DNA from: Bdellovibrionota bacterium FG-1
GTDB taxonomy: Bacteria > Bdellovibrionota > UBA1018
Direction of reading: 5' to 3'
Length of the DNA: 64,000 bases
Assembly: GCA_051382295.1 (NCBI GenBank)
Contig: JBBCAW010000008.1
Location: forward strand, 1-64,000
Shown: in pieces, positions 10,221-19,916 of the stretch
Layout: the number at the start of each line of letters is the position of its first letter
Numbering within the stretch: the first letter of the stretch is position 1
Made by a program: the position numbers and the translations under genes
Notes under the pieces: model-generated
What the model was told of the DNA's origin: nothing
Databases searched by the model: none
What the model saw: only the letters and a program-made list of their open reading frames with translations

Positions 10221-11109
10221 AGAAGCCCCGCACAAAATCGTCGTGCTCGGATCCTCGGGACAGGTCGGTCGCGCACTCATGGAAATTCTCGGTCCCGACC
10301 GGGCCATTGGTCTTTCGCACGCTGAGGCGAGCCTCGAAGAAACCGACAAACTCCCAGGAATATTGCATCGCCTCACCCCTTCCGCAGTGATCAATGCGGC
10401 GGCTTACACGCAGGTCGATCATGCCGAGACTCAACGAGAGCTTGCCTTTAAGATCAACGCCGAAGCCCCAGGTGTGATTGCCCAATGGTGCGCGCAACAG
10501 AACATTCCGTTTGTGCACTACTCGACCGACTATGTTTTTGATGGAAGCGGCGATCAGCCCCGCTCCGAAGACGCCCCGATTGCGCCCCTCAATGTCTATG
10601 GGCAAAGCAAAGCGGAAGGCGAAAGGCGAATTGTGGAAGCGAAGGGCCGATTTTTGTGCCTGCGCACCTCTTGGGCTTACGATGCCCACGGCAAAAATTT
10701 CGTAAATACAATGCTTAGACTAGGTGCTGAGCGCGAAACCCTCAAAGTGGTGGCCGATCAAATCGGAGCCCCGACCTATGCGCCGCATTTAGCCCAAGGC
10801 ACCCTTCAAGCCCTCGAAAACGCCCTAGCCAAGCCCAATTTCCCAAGCGGAATTTACCACCTGTGCCAATCCGGGCAAACCAGCTGGTTTGGTTTTGCGG
10901 AAGCGATTTTTGAGTCGGCCAGAAAGCAGGGCATCGCTCTAAAAGTGAGCCAAATCCTGCCTATTTCCACTGCGGAGTATCCGGTCCCAGCCAAAAGACC
11001 GTTGAACTCGCGCCTCAGCATGAAGAAAATCCAGCAAGCACTGGAAATTCAAATGCCCGACTGGCGCGATGGCCTCGATGCCTGTATGCTGCTCAAAAGT
11101 AGGTTTTAA
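10213..11109 (+). CDS. rfbD: dTDP-4-dehydrorhamnose reductase
   Basis: [29 protein letters not shown] and DQIGAPT motifs. Confidence 0.95.
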   Translation: MTKEAPHKIVVLGSSGQVGRALMEILGPDRAIGLSHAEASLEETDKLPGILHRLTPSAVINAAAYTQVDHAETQRELAFKINAEAPGVIAQWCAQQNIPFVHYSTDYVFDGSGDQPRSEDAPIAPLNVYGQSKAEGERRIVEAKGRFLCLRTSWAYDAHGKNFVNTMLRLGAERETLKVVADQIGAPTYAPHLAQGTLQALENALAKPNFPSGIYHLCQSGQTSWFGFAEAIFESARKQGIALKVSQILPISTAEYPVPAKRPLNSRLSMKKIQQALEIQMPDWRDGLDACMLLKSRF

Positions 11110-12062
11110 TGCGCCCCTTTTGGAAAAAAACTCTTCATTTCTCGGGTCTCATTGTCGCACTTTTTTGTGCTGCAACCCAACCCAGCGCCTTTACTGAAGA
11201 GCCTCGGACTTTTGCTTGGTCGATGATCGATGTCAACCCCGGCATGCAAGGCGATGCCCATCTGCTGACCTTCGAAAATCAATCAGTTCTGATCGATGCG
11301 GGTGAATACAGGGTTGGACAACAAGTATTGCTGCCGTTTTTCAAGAAAAAACAAGTCACCCAACTCAGCACCGTCCTCATTACCCATCCCCACTTTGACC
11401 ACTACGGCGGCCTCATTGCGCTTTTAGAGGCGGGGTTTCCAATCGGGGTCATTTACATTTACCCCATTCCCGAGGCTCTTTGCCTCAAAGAACCCTGGGG
11501 CTGCAAATTCGAAGACCTCGAAAAAATTCGATCTTTGGCACGCCTTCGACAAATCCCCGTAAAGCCGATGTCTGAGTTCAAAAACTTCGTTTGGTCCGGC
11601 CATGCCCGATTAGACAACCTCTTTTATTTTCCTAAGAACCGAAGCCCAATTCCCGATGATGATATTAACGATGCTTCACTCATTGCCCGCCTAACCGTCT
11701 ATGGAAAGCGCGTTTTGTTCACCGGAGACCTCAATGGTCGTCTAGGTGAATGGTTAGCTCAAAAACACCCGAAGGACCTCAAAGCCGATATTTTGAAATT
11801 TCCGCATCACGGAACCGAGGGCGCTGCCCCGGATATTTTTTTCAATGCAGTTCAGCCAAAGTTTGGAATGATTCCAAGTCCAAAAAATCTTTGGTGTTCT
11901 GACCGAAGCAGCCGCATGCGAAATTGGATCAGGCATGCCAAAATCCCGGGCTACGTGAACGGTCTCCATGGCTCAGTGGATGTGAAAATTCTCCCTGATG
12001 GGAGCTTTCAATTTGCAACCGAAAAGCCATTTAACCGAAAATCACCTTGTGGAAATGAATGA
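11109..12062 (+). CDS. Secreted ComEC/Rec2-like metallo-beta-lactamase-fold hydrolase
   Basis: N-terminal signal or anchor; QGDA, THPHFDHYGG, NDAS, LFTGD and KFPHHG motifs. Confidence 0.85.
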   Translation: MRPFWKKTLHFSGLIVALFCAATQPSAFTEEPRTFAWSMIDVNPGMQGDAHLLTFENQSVLIDAGEYRVGQQVLLPFFKKKQVTQLSTVLITHPHFDHYGGLIALLEAGFPIGVIYIYPIPEALCLKEPWGCKFEDLEKIRSLARLRQIPVKPMSEFKNFVWSGHARLDNLFYFPKNRSPIPDDDINDASLIARLTVYGKRVLFTGDLNGRLGEWLAQKHPKDLKADILKFPHHGTEGAAPDIFFNAVQPKFGMIPSPKNLWCSDRSSRMRNWIRHAKIPGYVNGLHGSVDVKILPDGSFQFATEKPFNRKSPCGNE

Positions 12063-12805
12063 TGCCCAAGCTCTCTATCATCGTCCCCGTTTATAACGAA
12101 GAACATCACCTCATTGAAGTCATTGACGTTTTAATGCAATCCCCCTGCCCGATTGATCGCGAATGGATTTTTGTAGACGACTGCTCGCGAGACGGCAGCC
12201 TGCCTATTCTTCACGATCTTTCAAAAAAATACGGATTTCGGGTGATTGAACAAAACCCCAACCAAGGCAAGGGAGCCGCTGTGATTCGTGGAATTCAAGA
12301 AGCCAAGGGTGACTTGATCATGATTCAGGATGCCGACTTCGAATACGACCCCAACGACGTCCAAGCGCTGCTTCAACCCATTTTGGAAAACCGGGCAGAC
12401 GTGGTCTATGGCAGCCGGTTCAAAAAAACCGTCACCCAAGTCCATCGAACCTATCACTATTTCGTCAATCGACTTCTCACTATCCTGAGTAATTTACTCT
12501 CAGGGATTTACCTGACGGATATGGAAACTTGTTACAAGATTTTTCGAGCAGACCTCCTTCAACCCATGCAACTCAAATCCCGTCGTTTTGGCATCGAGGT
12601 CGAACTGACCGCCTATATCGCCAAAACACGCGCCAGGATTCATGAACTTCCGATCTCCTACTATCCTCGTACTGTGCTGCAGGGCAAAAAAATCAATTGG
12701 AAGGACGGGGTCGCGGCCCTAGGTCACTTGATTCGCTTTAATTGGTTCACGCCGCCCGAGCAGGCTTTTCACCGCCTCCCTGAACGTTATTCGGCTAGAA
12801 AATAG
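12059..12805 (+). CDS. Glycosyltransferase family 2 (polyprenol-phosphate GT type)
   Basis: VPVYNE, VDDCSRDGS, NQGKGAA, QDADFEYDP and TDMETCYK motifs. Confidence 0.92.
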   Translation: MMPKLSIIVPVYNEEHHLIEVIDVLMQSPCPIDREWIFVDDCSRDGSLPILHDLSKKYGFRVIEQNPNQGKGAAVIRGIQEAKGDLIMIQDADFEYDPNDVQALLQPILENRADVVYGSRFKKTVTQVHRTYHYFVNRLLTILSNLLSGIYLTDMETCYKIFRADLLQPMQLKSRRFGIEVELTAYIAKTRARIHELPISYYPRTVLQGKKINWKDGVAALGHLIRFNWFTPPEQAFHRLPERYSARK

Positions 12806-12907
12806 GCAAGAAGACCTAATCTATTTGAATGTTTTGTGGTGAAATGATTTAAATCTTCACTTCAACTGCCCATTTCAACCGTAGAGATAGGATCTGGAAC
12901 CGCCCCT

Positions 12908-14599
12908 ATGACCGATCGGCCGTTAGTTTTTATCCCGACCTATAACGAGAGCGAAAACGTCGAACCTCTTTTTTTGGAAATCCAAAATCTGGGGCTGGAA
13001 CTCGATGTTCTTTTCGTGGACGACAACTCATCGGACGGAACCGGCCAAATTCTAGACCAACTCGCGCAAAAGCATTCCAACGTCAAAGTGGTTCACCGCT
13101 CCGGAAAACTAGGGATTGGGAGCGCTCATAAAGCCGGAATCCGCTGGGCCTATGACCATGGCTACCAACATCTTGTGACCATGGATTGTGACTTTACGCA
13201 CCCTCCTCGGTACATTCCAGAAATTCTAAAAAAAGCTACAGGGGGGGTGTCATCGGCATTCCCCGTCGAAGCGATGGGTACATCGTCAAGATTGCCCGCA
13301 GACGAGGCCGCAGGGAGGCGAGTCGACCAAAGCGCACTCCCCGTGCGCTGCGGGAGCGAGGCGACCGAGAACGAAGTATGCGGGCAATATCGACGATGTA
13401 CCAACGGCGGTTACGATATCGTCGTAGGCTCGCGGTACCTTCAAGAAAACAGCCTCAAAGAGTGGAATTTTTATCGCAAAGTCCTCACCTACACCGGCCA
13501 TTTTCTCACGGGGCTGCTTTTAGGCATGAAGTACGATGCGACCGGCGGATTTCGCTATTATCGCTTGAGCACGATTCCTCGTTACGCCTATGACGTGGTC
13601 ACCTCGGATGGATATTCGTTTTTCTTTGAAAGCCTGTACGTCTTCCATTTCAACAAATATAAAATCGCGGAAATTCCGATTCCGCTCCCAAAACGCACCT
13701 ACGGCCATTCTAAGATGGTCTTTACTGAAATCAAAAACAGCGTCCGACTTTTATTTACCATTTATTTTAAGACGCTTTTTAATCGAGAAAAGTTCGAAAT
13801 CTATGAACCCTTTTCGACTGACCCCTCCCAAAAGCCCAATCCAGACGAGCAGGGATGGGATTCTTATTGGGCTAACCAAAAAAGCCACGCCGGCGGCCTG
13901 CTTTATGACGCCATCGCCGCTTTTTATCGAAAATTCATCATTCGCCGTTCGTTAAACTGGTTTACCGAAAAATACTTTTCGCCAGGTGCCGCCATCTTGC
14001 ACGCCGGGTGCGGCAGCGGCCAGGTGGATGCCGATATTCGGAATCATTTTAAAATCACCGGACTAGACATCTCACTCAACGCCCTTCATTTTTACAAAAG
14101 AACCAACAAAGACCTTTGTAAAACGCTCCACGGAAGCATTTTTGAAATTCCGATGCCCTCCCGTTCTTTAGATGGAATTTACAATCTGGGCGTCATGGAG
14201 CACTTTACTGAGTCCGAGATTTGTAAAATTTTGGGTGAATTCCACCGTGTCTTAAAGCCAAAGGGACGCATGGTCATTCTTTGGCCGCCGGAGTTTGGCC
14301 TCAGCGTGCTATTCTTTAAGAGTTTGAAATGGGTCTTTACCCACATTCTCAGAAAAAAGGACGTTAAATTTCACCCCGACGAGATCACTCGGGTTCGCTC
14401 AAAAAAACAGGTGATTCAGTTATTTGAATCGGCTGGGTTTTCTGTGCTTGAATATTACTTTGGCCCCAAGGACGTGTTCACTTACTCAGTTATTTGCCTT
14501 GAAAAACAAGAGCAGGCTGTGGTTTCTTCAAAATCGGAGAATGGAAGCGCATGTACACTGAAATCGAAAAATGCCGGATCTGTGGAAACACGGATTTAG
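12908..14599 (+). CDS. DPM-synthase-like GT2 fused to a class I SAM methyltransferase, with a ~55-aa in-frame insertion
   Basis: IPTYNE, VDDNSSDGT, MDCDFTHPP, VVGSRY and DATGGFR; the C-terminal domain has HAGCGSG and GVMEHF. Confidence 0.88.
   Translation: MTDRPLVFIPTYNESENVEPLFLEIQNLGLELDVLFVDDNSSDGTGQILDQLAQKHSNVKVVHRSGKLGIGSAHKAGIRWAYDHGYQHLVTMDCDFTHPPRYIPEILKKATGGVSSAFPVEAMGTSSRLPADEAAGRRVDQSALPVRCGSEATENEVCGQYRRCTNGGYDIVVGSRYLQENSLKEWNFYRKVLTYTGHFLTGLLLGMKYDATGGFRYYRLSTIPRYAYDVVTSDGYSFFFESLYVFHFNKYKIAEIPIPLPKRTYGHSKMVFTEIKNSVRLLFTIYFKTLFNREKFEIYEPFSTDPSQKPNPDEQGWDSYWANQKSHAGGLLYDAIAAFYRKFIIRRSLNWFTEKYFSPGAAILHAGCGSGQVDADIRNHFKITGLDISLNALHFYKRTNKDLCKTLHGSIFEIPMPSRSLDGIYNLGVMEHFTESEICKILGEFHRVLKPKGRMVILWPPEFGLSVLFFKSLKWVFTHILRKKDVKFHPDEITRVRSKKQVIQLFESAGFSVLEYYFGPKDVFTYSVICLEKQEQAVVSSKSENGSACTLKSKNAGSVETRI
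13277..13402. repeat. 126-bp palindromic (RPE/MITE-like) element inside the GT2 coding sequence
   Basis: Terminal inverted arms 13277-13300 and 13379-13402 match at 22 of 24 positions; central hairpin AGCGCAC-TCCCC-GTGCGCT at 13331-13349. Confidence 0.85.
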
Positions 14600-15807
14600 T
14601 CACCATCATGAATCTTGGAAACTCCTCTTTGACAGGGGTGTTTCCTCGCACGCCGACTGAAGCGGTAGGTTCATTCCCCCTTGAGCTGGTCAAATGCACT
14701 GAAACCCCTCAGGGAAACACCTGCGGCCTCGTGCAGCTCCGTCACACCGGTGAACTGGGCGAAATGTATGGCATGAATTATGGCTACCTCTCAAGCCTCA
14801 ATCATTCGATGGTCACGCATCTGAACAATAAGATCAAAAAGATCCTCGCCCGCGTCCAACCCAAAGCAGGCGACCTCGTGATCGACATCGGCAGCAATGA
14901 CAGCACGACACTTCAGGCCTACCCCAAAGACCTCACCCTCCTGGGAGTAGATCCCACCGGTGTGAAGTTCAAACACCTCTACCCGAGCCATATTGGCCTG
15001 ATCCCTGATTTTTTCTCAGCCAAAGCGGTTCAGGCGAAAATGGGGGCCAAAAAAGCCAAAATCATCACGTCGATTTCGATGTTTTATGACCTCGAGGATC
15101 CGACCGCTTTTGTCGAACAGGTTTATGAATGCCTCGACAGCGATGGGGTCTGGATCCTTGAGCAAAGTTACCTCCCCACCATGCTTGAAACCAATTCCTA
15201 CGACACCATTTGTCACGAACACCTTGAATACTACGCACTGAAGCAAATCAAGTGGCTGGCTGATAAAGTGGGCTTCTGTATCATTGACCTCGAAAAAAAT
15301 GACATCAATGGCGGAAGCTTTTCACTCATGCTCCGTAAGAAGCAAAATGCAAACGATACTCACGCCCCTGTCGTCGACCAGTGGATGGCTCAAGAGCATG
15401 AAATGGGACTCCATACCCTGAAACCCTATATTGAATTCGGTCACCGCGTTGAAAAGCATTGCGCTGACCTCGTCTCTTTTCTGACCACGGCTAAAAAGAA
15501 TGGCCAAAAGGTTTTGGGCTACGGCGCCTCAACCAAGGGCAATGTGCTTTTGCAGTACTGTAAAATCACGAGAGATGAGTTGCCTTATATTGCTGAAGTC
15601 AATCCGGATAAGTATGGCCGTTATACCCCCGGTACCCAAATCCCCATTATCTCAGAGCCTGAAGCCAAAGACATGCAGCCCGATTATTTCCTGGTTCTTC
15701 CCTGGCATTTTCGCGAAGGGATTTTGAAGCGCGAAACCGCCTATCTCAAATCAGGTGGAAAATTTGTGTTTCCGCTTCCAAATTTGTCGATTGTTTCAGG
15801 TGAATGA
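14551..15807 (+). CDS. NDP-sugar C-methyltransferase (class I SAM, zinc-binding N-terminus)
   Basis: CRICG, DIGSND, YDTICHEHLEYY, NGGS, GYGASTKGN and VLPWHF motifs. Confidence 0.9.
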   Translation: MYTEIEKCRICGNTDLVTIMNLGNSSLTGVFPRTPTEAVGSFPLELVKCTETPQGNTCGLVQLRHTGELGEMYGMNYGYLSSLNHSMVTHLNNKIKKILARVQPKAGDLVIDIGSNDSTTLQAYPKDLTLLGVDPTGVKFKHLYPSHIGLIPDFFSAKAVQAKMGAKKAKIITSISMFYDLEDPTAFVEQVYECLDSDGVWILEQSYLPTMLETNSYDTICHEHLEYYALKQIKWLADKVGFCIIDLEKNDINGGSFSLMLRKKQNANDTHAPVVDQWMAQEHEMGLHTLKPYIEFGHRVEKHCADLVSFLTTAKKNGQKVLGYGASTKGNVLLQYCKITRDELPYIAEVNPDKYGRYTPGTQIPIISEPEAKDMQPDYFLVLPWHFREGILKRETAYLKSGGKFVFPLPNLSIVSGE

Positions 15808-17405
15808 GCGCGCCGAAGATTTGTCTAGCGGCATTTCTCATATTGAGCGCGGTTATTCGCGTCGTTTTCATCGAAGGGGCCCTCCCCTATAGTCGACACG
15901 TGGATGAACAAGCCATTATTCCGCATGCGGCTCGGATCCTGAAAACGGGCGACCTGGAGCCCAGTATTTACGTTTATCCTTCGCTCCCGATCTATTTAAC
16001 CTCGATTTTTCAGGGGCTCGGCTATCTGAACGAAAAAGCTCACGGCCGAATGAGCCAGCTCGCAGAGTTCGACGGGCGGGTCTATCCCTATTTTGTGCAG
16101 CCCAGTGTGATGCTTTTTCCTAAGCTACTTTTCGCGGGATTTTCAGTCCTTGTCCTATGGCTCGGCGGGATTTTGGCCGCGCAAATCACAGGATGGAGTT
16201 GGGCGCTCATCGTAGCTCCCTTGTTCATTTCAGTCTCAGACCTCTTTTTTTACCACTCTTGGCTCTATATCAATTTGGATATCGCCGCCTCTTTAGGGGT
16301 CCTCGGAGCTTTGATCTACCTGGTTCACGCTTGGCCCAAAGACTCATGGACTCACAAAGCCATTATCCCGGGGATTCTTTGCGGCCTAACGGCTGCATGC
16401 AAATACCCTCATGGGCTCATTGTTTTACCTTTTCTGATCGCCATCATGGCGATTTCAAGGTCCAAGTTTTTCAAATATGCGGCTGGGCTTTTTGCCAGTT
16501 TGCTGCTGACTTTTGTCGTGTCGATGCCCTATAGCGTGCTTCGATGGAGACATTTTTTAGAAGAACTCGAGTGGCAAAAAAACATCTACAAGAACGGACA
16601 TTTTGGCTTCACCGTCCCGAGCGGACTTCCTCATCTGATGATTCAGCTTCGACAGTTTGTCGAGGAATATGGCATGGGTCTTTGCCTCCTTTCGTTGGTA
16701 GGAGTGGCTTGGCTCGTCTATCGACATCGAAAACTGGGCCTAGCCCTGATTTCCTACCCGGTGGGGTACCTGATTTATTTTTGCACCAACAAGGCCAATA
16801 TCACTCGAACCCTTTTACCCGTTTATGTGATGCTCGCGGTTTTTGCGACTGTCGGCGCAGGGGGCCTAACTGACTGGCTCAAAGCTCGCTTTTTGGCCCT
16901 GAAGCGGCCGGTTGCGGTGCGGGCGGCTCCATGGGCTGTGAGTCTATTGATCTTAGCCACTCTTCCCTGGGCACAAATCAAAAAGACCTATGCCGTCCAA
17001 GAAGACTCCAGAAACCGTGCCACCACTTGGATCCAAACTCACCTCCCCAAAGGATCCGAGCTGATTATCCCTTCAGAAATGCAGATGGACTTGAGGCCTT
17101 GGACAAAGGATTACAAAACCCAGGAAATCCCTTTTAATACGAAGGAATTTGATCCGAAGTTAGTCGAAAAAATGGCCCAATCCAAAACCCGAGATATATA
17201 TTTTCTTGTTCCTGAATTTAGTTTTGACGAACGCTGGCCCGCGCTCGCCAAGCAAACAGAGGCCATGAATCGCCGCTTTGATACATCCAAAGCGATCAAG
17301 AAATTCGAAGGAGAATACGGGGTTTTGATTATGTATCAACCACCCGTAGCCTGGGGAAATCCTCGATTTGCGATTCATAAAGGACTTGAACCTGCGCAGC
17401 CATAA
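15804..17405 (+). CDS. ArnT/PMT_2-like GT-C membrane glycosyltransferase
   Basis: HVDE after the first TM, YPSL, GLTAACKY, about 11 hydrophobic segments and a periplasmic C-terminus. Confidence 0.75.
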   Translation: MSAPKICLAAFLILSAVIRVVFIEGALPYSRHVDEQAIIPHAARILKTGDLEPSIYVYPSLPIYLTSIFQGLGYLNEKAHGRMSQLAEFDGRVYPYFVQPSVMLFPKLLFAGFSVLVLWLGGILAAQITGWSWALIVAPLFISVSDLFFYHSWLYINLDIAASLGVLGALIYLVHAWPKDSWTHKAIIPGILCGLTAACKYPHGLIVLPFLIAIMAISRSKFFKYAAGLFASLLLTFVVSMPYSVLRWRHFLEELEWQKNIYKNGHFGFTVPSGLPHLMIQLRQFVEEYGMGLCLLSLVGVAWLVYRHRKLGLALISYPVGYLIYFCTNKANITRTLLPVYVMLAVFATVGAGGLTDWLKARFLALKRPVAVRAAPWAVSLLILATLPWAQIKKTYAVQEDSRNRATTWIQTHLPKGSELIIPSEMQMDLRPWTKDYKTQEIPFNTKEFDPKLVEKMAQSKTRDIYFLVPEFSFDERWPALAKQTEAMNRRFDTSKAIKKFEGEYGVLIMYQPPVAWGNPRFAIHKGLEPAQP

Positions 17406-17417
17406 CGGAAAAATCTC

Positions 17418-19112
17418 ATGATTCCACCCTTTTTCTGGCCACTTCTTCTCTGGCCGCTCGGGCTCGCTTTATCACTTTGGCCCGTCGTTTCATCGATCCC
17501 GTCGATCACATCAATCACATTGATCGGCAAATACCTGCCCGCCGACCCAGGCGATACGCGTTTTTGTATGTATGCGCTTGAACATGGCTACCGCTGGCTA
17601 GCCCGAATGCCAGGCCATCTGAGCTTTTGGGATCCCCCCTTCTTCTTTCCGGCCAAAAACATCATGGCCTATTCTGAAACCTTGATCACGTCGGCGCCCC
17701 TGTATTGGCTTTGGCGCGTGTTACTACACGCCCCCGATCCGGCCTATGGGTTTTGGCTTTTGAGCGTGATGAGTCTCAATTATTGGTTTTTTTACCTTTG
17801 GGTACGCCGAGATTTTGACCTCAAGCCCTGGGCAGCCGCGCTGGGCGCTTTTCTCTTTGCCTTTGGGAGCCCACGAGTCAGCCAACTGGGCCACCCCCAG
17901 CTCATGCCACAATTTTTCAGCGTTCTTGCCATTCACGCGCTGATTCGAATTTTTTCAACCCCCTCGACCCACCTGAATTTTCGCCGCGGTTTTGGATGGA
18001 TCGGCGTGTTTTTTCTTTCATGCGTGGCCCAGCTTTGGACGAGTTTTTACCTGGGCTGGTTTTTAGCCATGACGCTCTTTGGGCTGACTTGTTGGGCTTT
18101 TTGCAAAGCCCTCTGGCGATCTCGAATCATCGAGACGATCAAAAGCTATCGCAAGGCTTTCATTTTTTGGGGAGCGATCTCAATCCTCACGTTGATTCCT
18201 TACGCTCAACACTATGGAGCGGTCAGCCGTCAAGTGGGGATGGGGGATTTTGGGCGGGTAGGCCCGTGGATTCCAAAATTGAGTTCCTGGCTCTACATGG
18301 GCCGTGGCAGCTGGCTTTACAACTGGATGCATGAGTTAGAACCGTGGGGTCTGATTCTTAAAAATGGAATTGCCCACGAACACGCCATTGGCGTGGGCTT
18401 TCTCTCGCTCATTTTGTCGTTGGCGGGGCTTTATCTCGAAAAGGGCCGGACCTCGATTCGAATTTTGGGAGTTGCGGCGGCCGGACTCTTTGTCGCTTCC
18501 ACCCGGTTTTTTCCGCATGTGGCGCTCTGGGGTATTTTGTACGAAGTATTGCCCGCCGCTGGCGCGATTCGTGCGGTGGCCCGCGTGGGCTTGATCACCT
18601 TGATTCCACTCTCTTTGGGCCTCGCGCTTTGGTTCAATCGTAGAAAAACGGTTTGGGTGCCGGTACTGTTGGGGGCTTTTTGCATTTTAGAGCAAGCCCA
18701 TTCAATCGCTTATTACGATAATTCTCAATCCATTGCCGAAATCGCGGAGTTTTCGAAGCTCATCGACCCCGCTCGATGCCGGTATTTTTTTCTTTCACCG
18801 CGTTTCATGCCAGATGCGCTGGATATTCCAGGCACCGCTTCTCGCTTTTGGCGCAATCAACCGGGGGCGCGACGGATTTCGTGGCGCTATCAGTTGGACG
18901 CGATGTGGGTCGGTCTCGCCACCGGGGTTCCGACCTTGAACGGTTACTCCGGCAATTTTCCTCCGGGCTGGGGAGACTCAATGTTTCAAAATGGGATTCT
19001 TACGCCAGCCGATATCACTCGACTCGACGGGGACCTCACCCACTGGCTCCAACATGAAGGGCTTTCGCGCGAGGGGTTGTGTTGGATTTCGCCTGAGATG
19101 CGGGAGCAGTAA
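17418..19112 (+). CDS. Polytopic membrane protein, probable GT-C (YfhO-like)
   Basis: DPGD acidic loop, FFFP..NIMAYSE, many TM segments and C-terminal PTLNGYSGNFP. Confidence 0.7.
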   Translation: MIPPFFWPLLLWPLGLALSLWPVVSSIPSITSITLIGKYLPADPGDTRFCMYALEHGYRWLARMPGHLSFWDPPFFFPAKNIMAYSETLITSAPLYWLWRVLLHAPDPAYGFWLLSVMSLNYWFFYLWVRRDFDLKPWAAALGAFLFAFGSPRVSQLGHPQLMPQFFSVLAIHALIRIFSTPSTHLNFRRGFGWIGVFFLSCVAQLWTSFYLGWFLAMTLFGLTCWAFCKALWRSRIIETIKSYRKAFIFWGAISILTLIPYAQHYGAVSRQVGMGDFGRVGPWIPKLSSWLYMGRGSWLYNWMHELEPWGLILKNGIAHEHAIGVGFLSLILSLAGLYLEKGRTSIRILGVAAAGLFVASTRFFPHVALWGILYEVLPAAGAIRAVARVGLITLIPLSLGLALWFNRRKTVWVPVLLGAFCILEQAHSIAYYDNSQSIAEIAEFSKLIDPARCRYFFLSPRFMPDALDIPGTASRFWRNQPGARRISWRYQLDAMWVGLATGVPTLNGYSGNFPPGWGDSMFQNGILTPADITRLDGDLTHWLQHEGLSREGLCWISPEMREQ

Positions 19113-19121
19113 AGGACCAAG

Positions 19122-19916
19122 CTACCGCCACTCCATTACGGCCAACAACGACTGCCCTAGCGGCACTCGGGTCGCCCGGTGAATCCAATCGTCTGCGCGG
19201 CTCACATAGGGACAAAGCCGCTCAAAAGCCGCAATCGACTGCAACCCGATCTGCCGACGGCGCAATAACCGGCCATGAAAGAGCCATCCGGCGAGGCCAA
19301 GGAGGTTGAAGTACCGCAAAGTGAGCCGAGCATCCGGCGCGACTTGAGTCACCATTCGCCTGAAATCCGGCGCTGAATACCGTCTATGATGCCCAAACCG
19401 TCGATCTAAAGATCCGAAAGCCCACGCATGTGCGGGCACAAAACTCACGAGCCGCCGTGGTCCAGATGCGCGACTCTTTCTGAGTAACTCCGAAAGACGC
19501 AAAAAAACTTGATGGTCCTCTTGAATATGCTCGAGCACATTAAAAGAAATAATCGTGTCGAGGTTCTCGTTCACATAGGGCGTCAAATCATCCTGCGCCA
19601 AATCCAAACTTGCGATCTGAAGCGGCCCTCTTTTTTCCCCATGTCGAAGTCCCATCTGATTCATCAAGACCTTCAAAAGAGCCGGATCGGTTTCGGTCAA
19701 AATCAACTTTTCCCGCACGGGCAACCACTGAGACATATTACCGATGCCCGCCCCAAATTCGAGGATGCGTGAACCTAAAAAAGGCTCGATCGTACGGTAA
19801 ATCCACCGCTGATAGTGATGGGCTTGGGCCAGCGCCTCGAGCTCAAAGTGATCTTCTGGAAGACGATCCTGAGCCTCTGGCCCGCTCACAAACACTCCCA
19901 AACCAACGCGCGCCAC
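19122..19916 (-). CDS. Class I SAM-dependent methyltransferase
   Basis: LEFGAGIG, NVLEHI, VPAH and DRRFGHHRRY motifs. Confidence 0.85.
   Translation of the reverse strand: MARVGLGVFVSGPEAQDRLPEDHFELEALAQAHHYQRWIYRTIEPFLGSRILEFGAGIGNMSQWLPVREKLILTETDPALLKVLMNQMGLRHGEKRGPLQIASLDLAQDDLTPYVNENLDTIISFNVLEHIQEDHQVFLRLSELLRKSRASGPRRLVSFVPAHAWAFGSLDRRFGHHRRYSAPDFRRMVTQVAPDARLTLRYFNLLGLAGWLFHGRLLRRRQIGLQSIAAFERLCPYVSRADDWIHRATRVPLGQSLLAVMEWR

Noticed and set aside
13241..13410. Intein or self-splicing intron as the GT2 insert
   Set aside because: Too short, with no Cys/Ser start plus His-Asn end and no group I/II features; the DNA palindrome explains it better.
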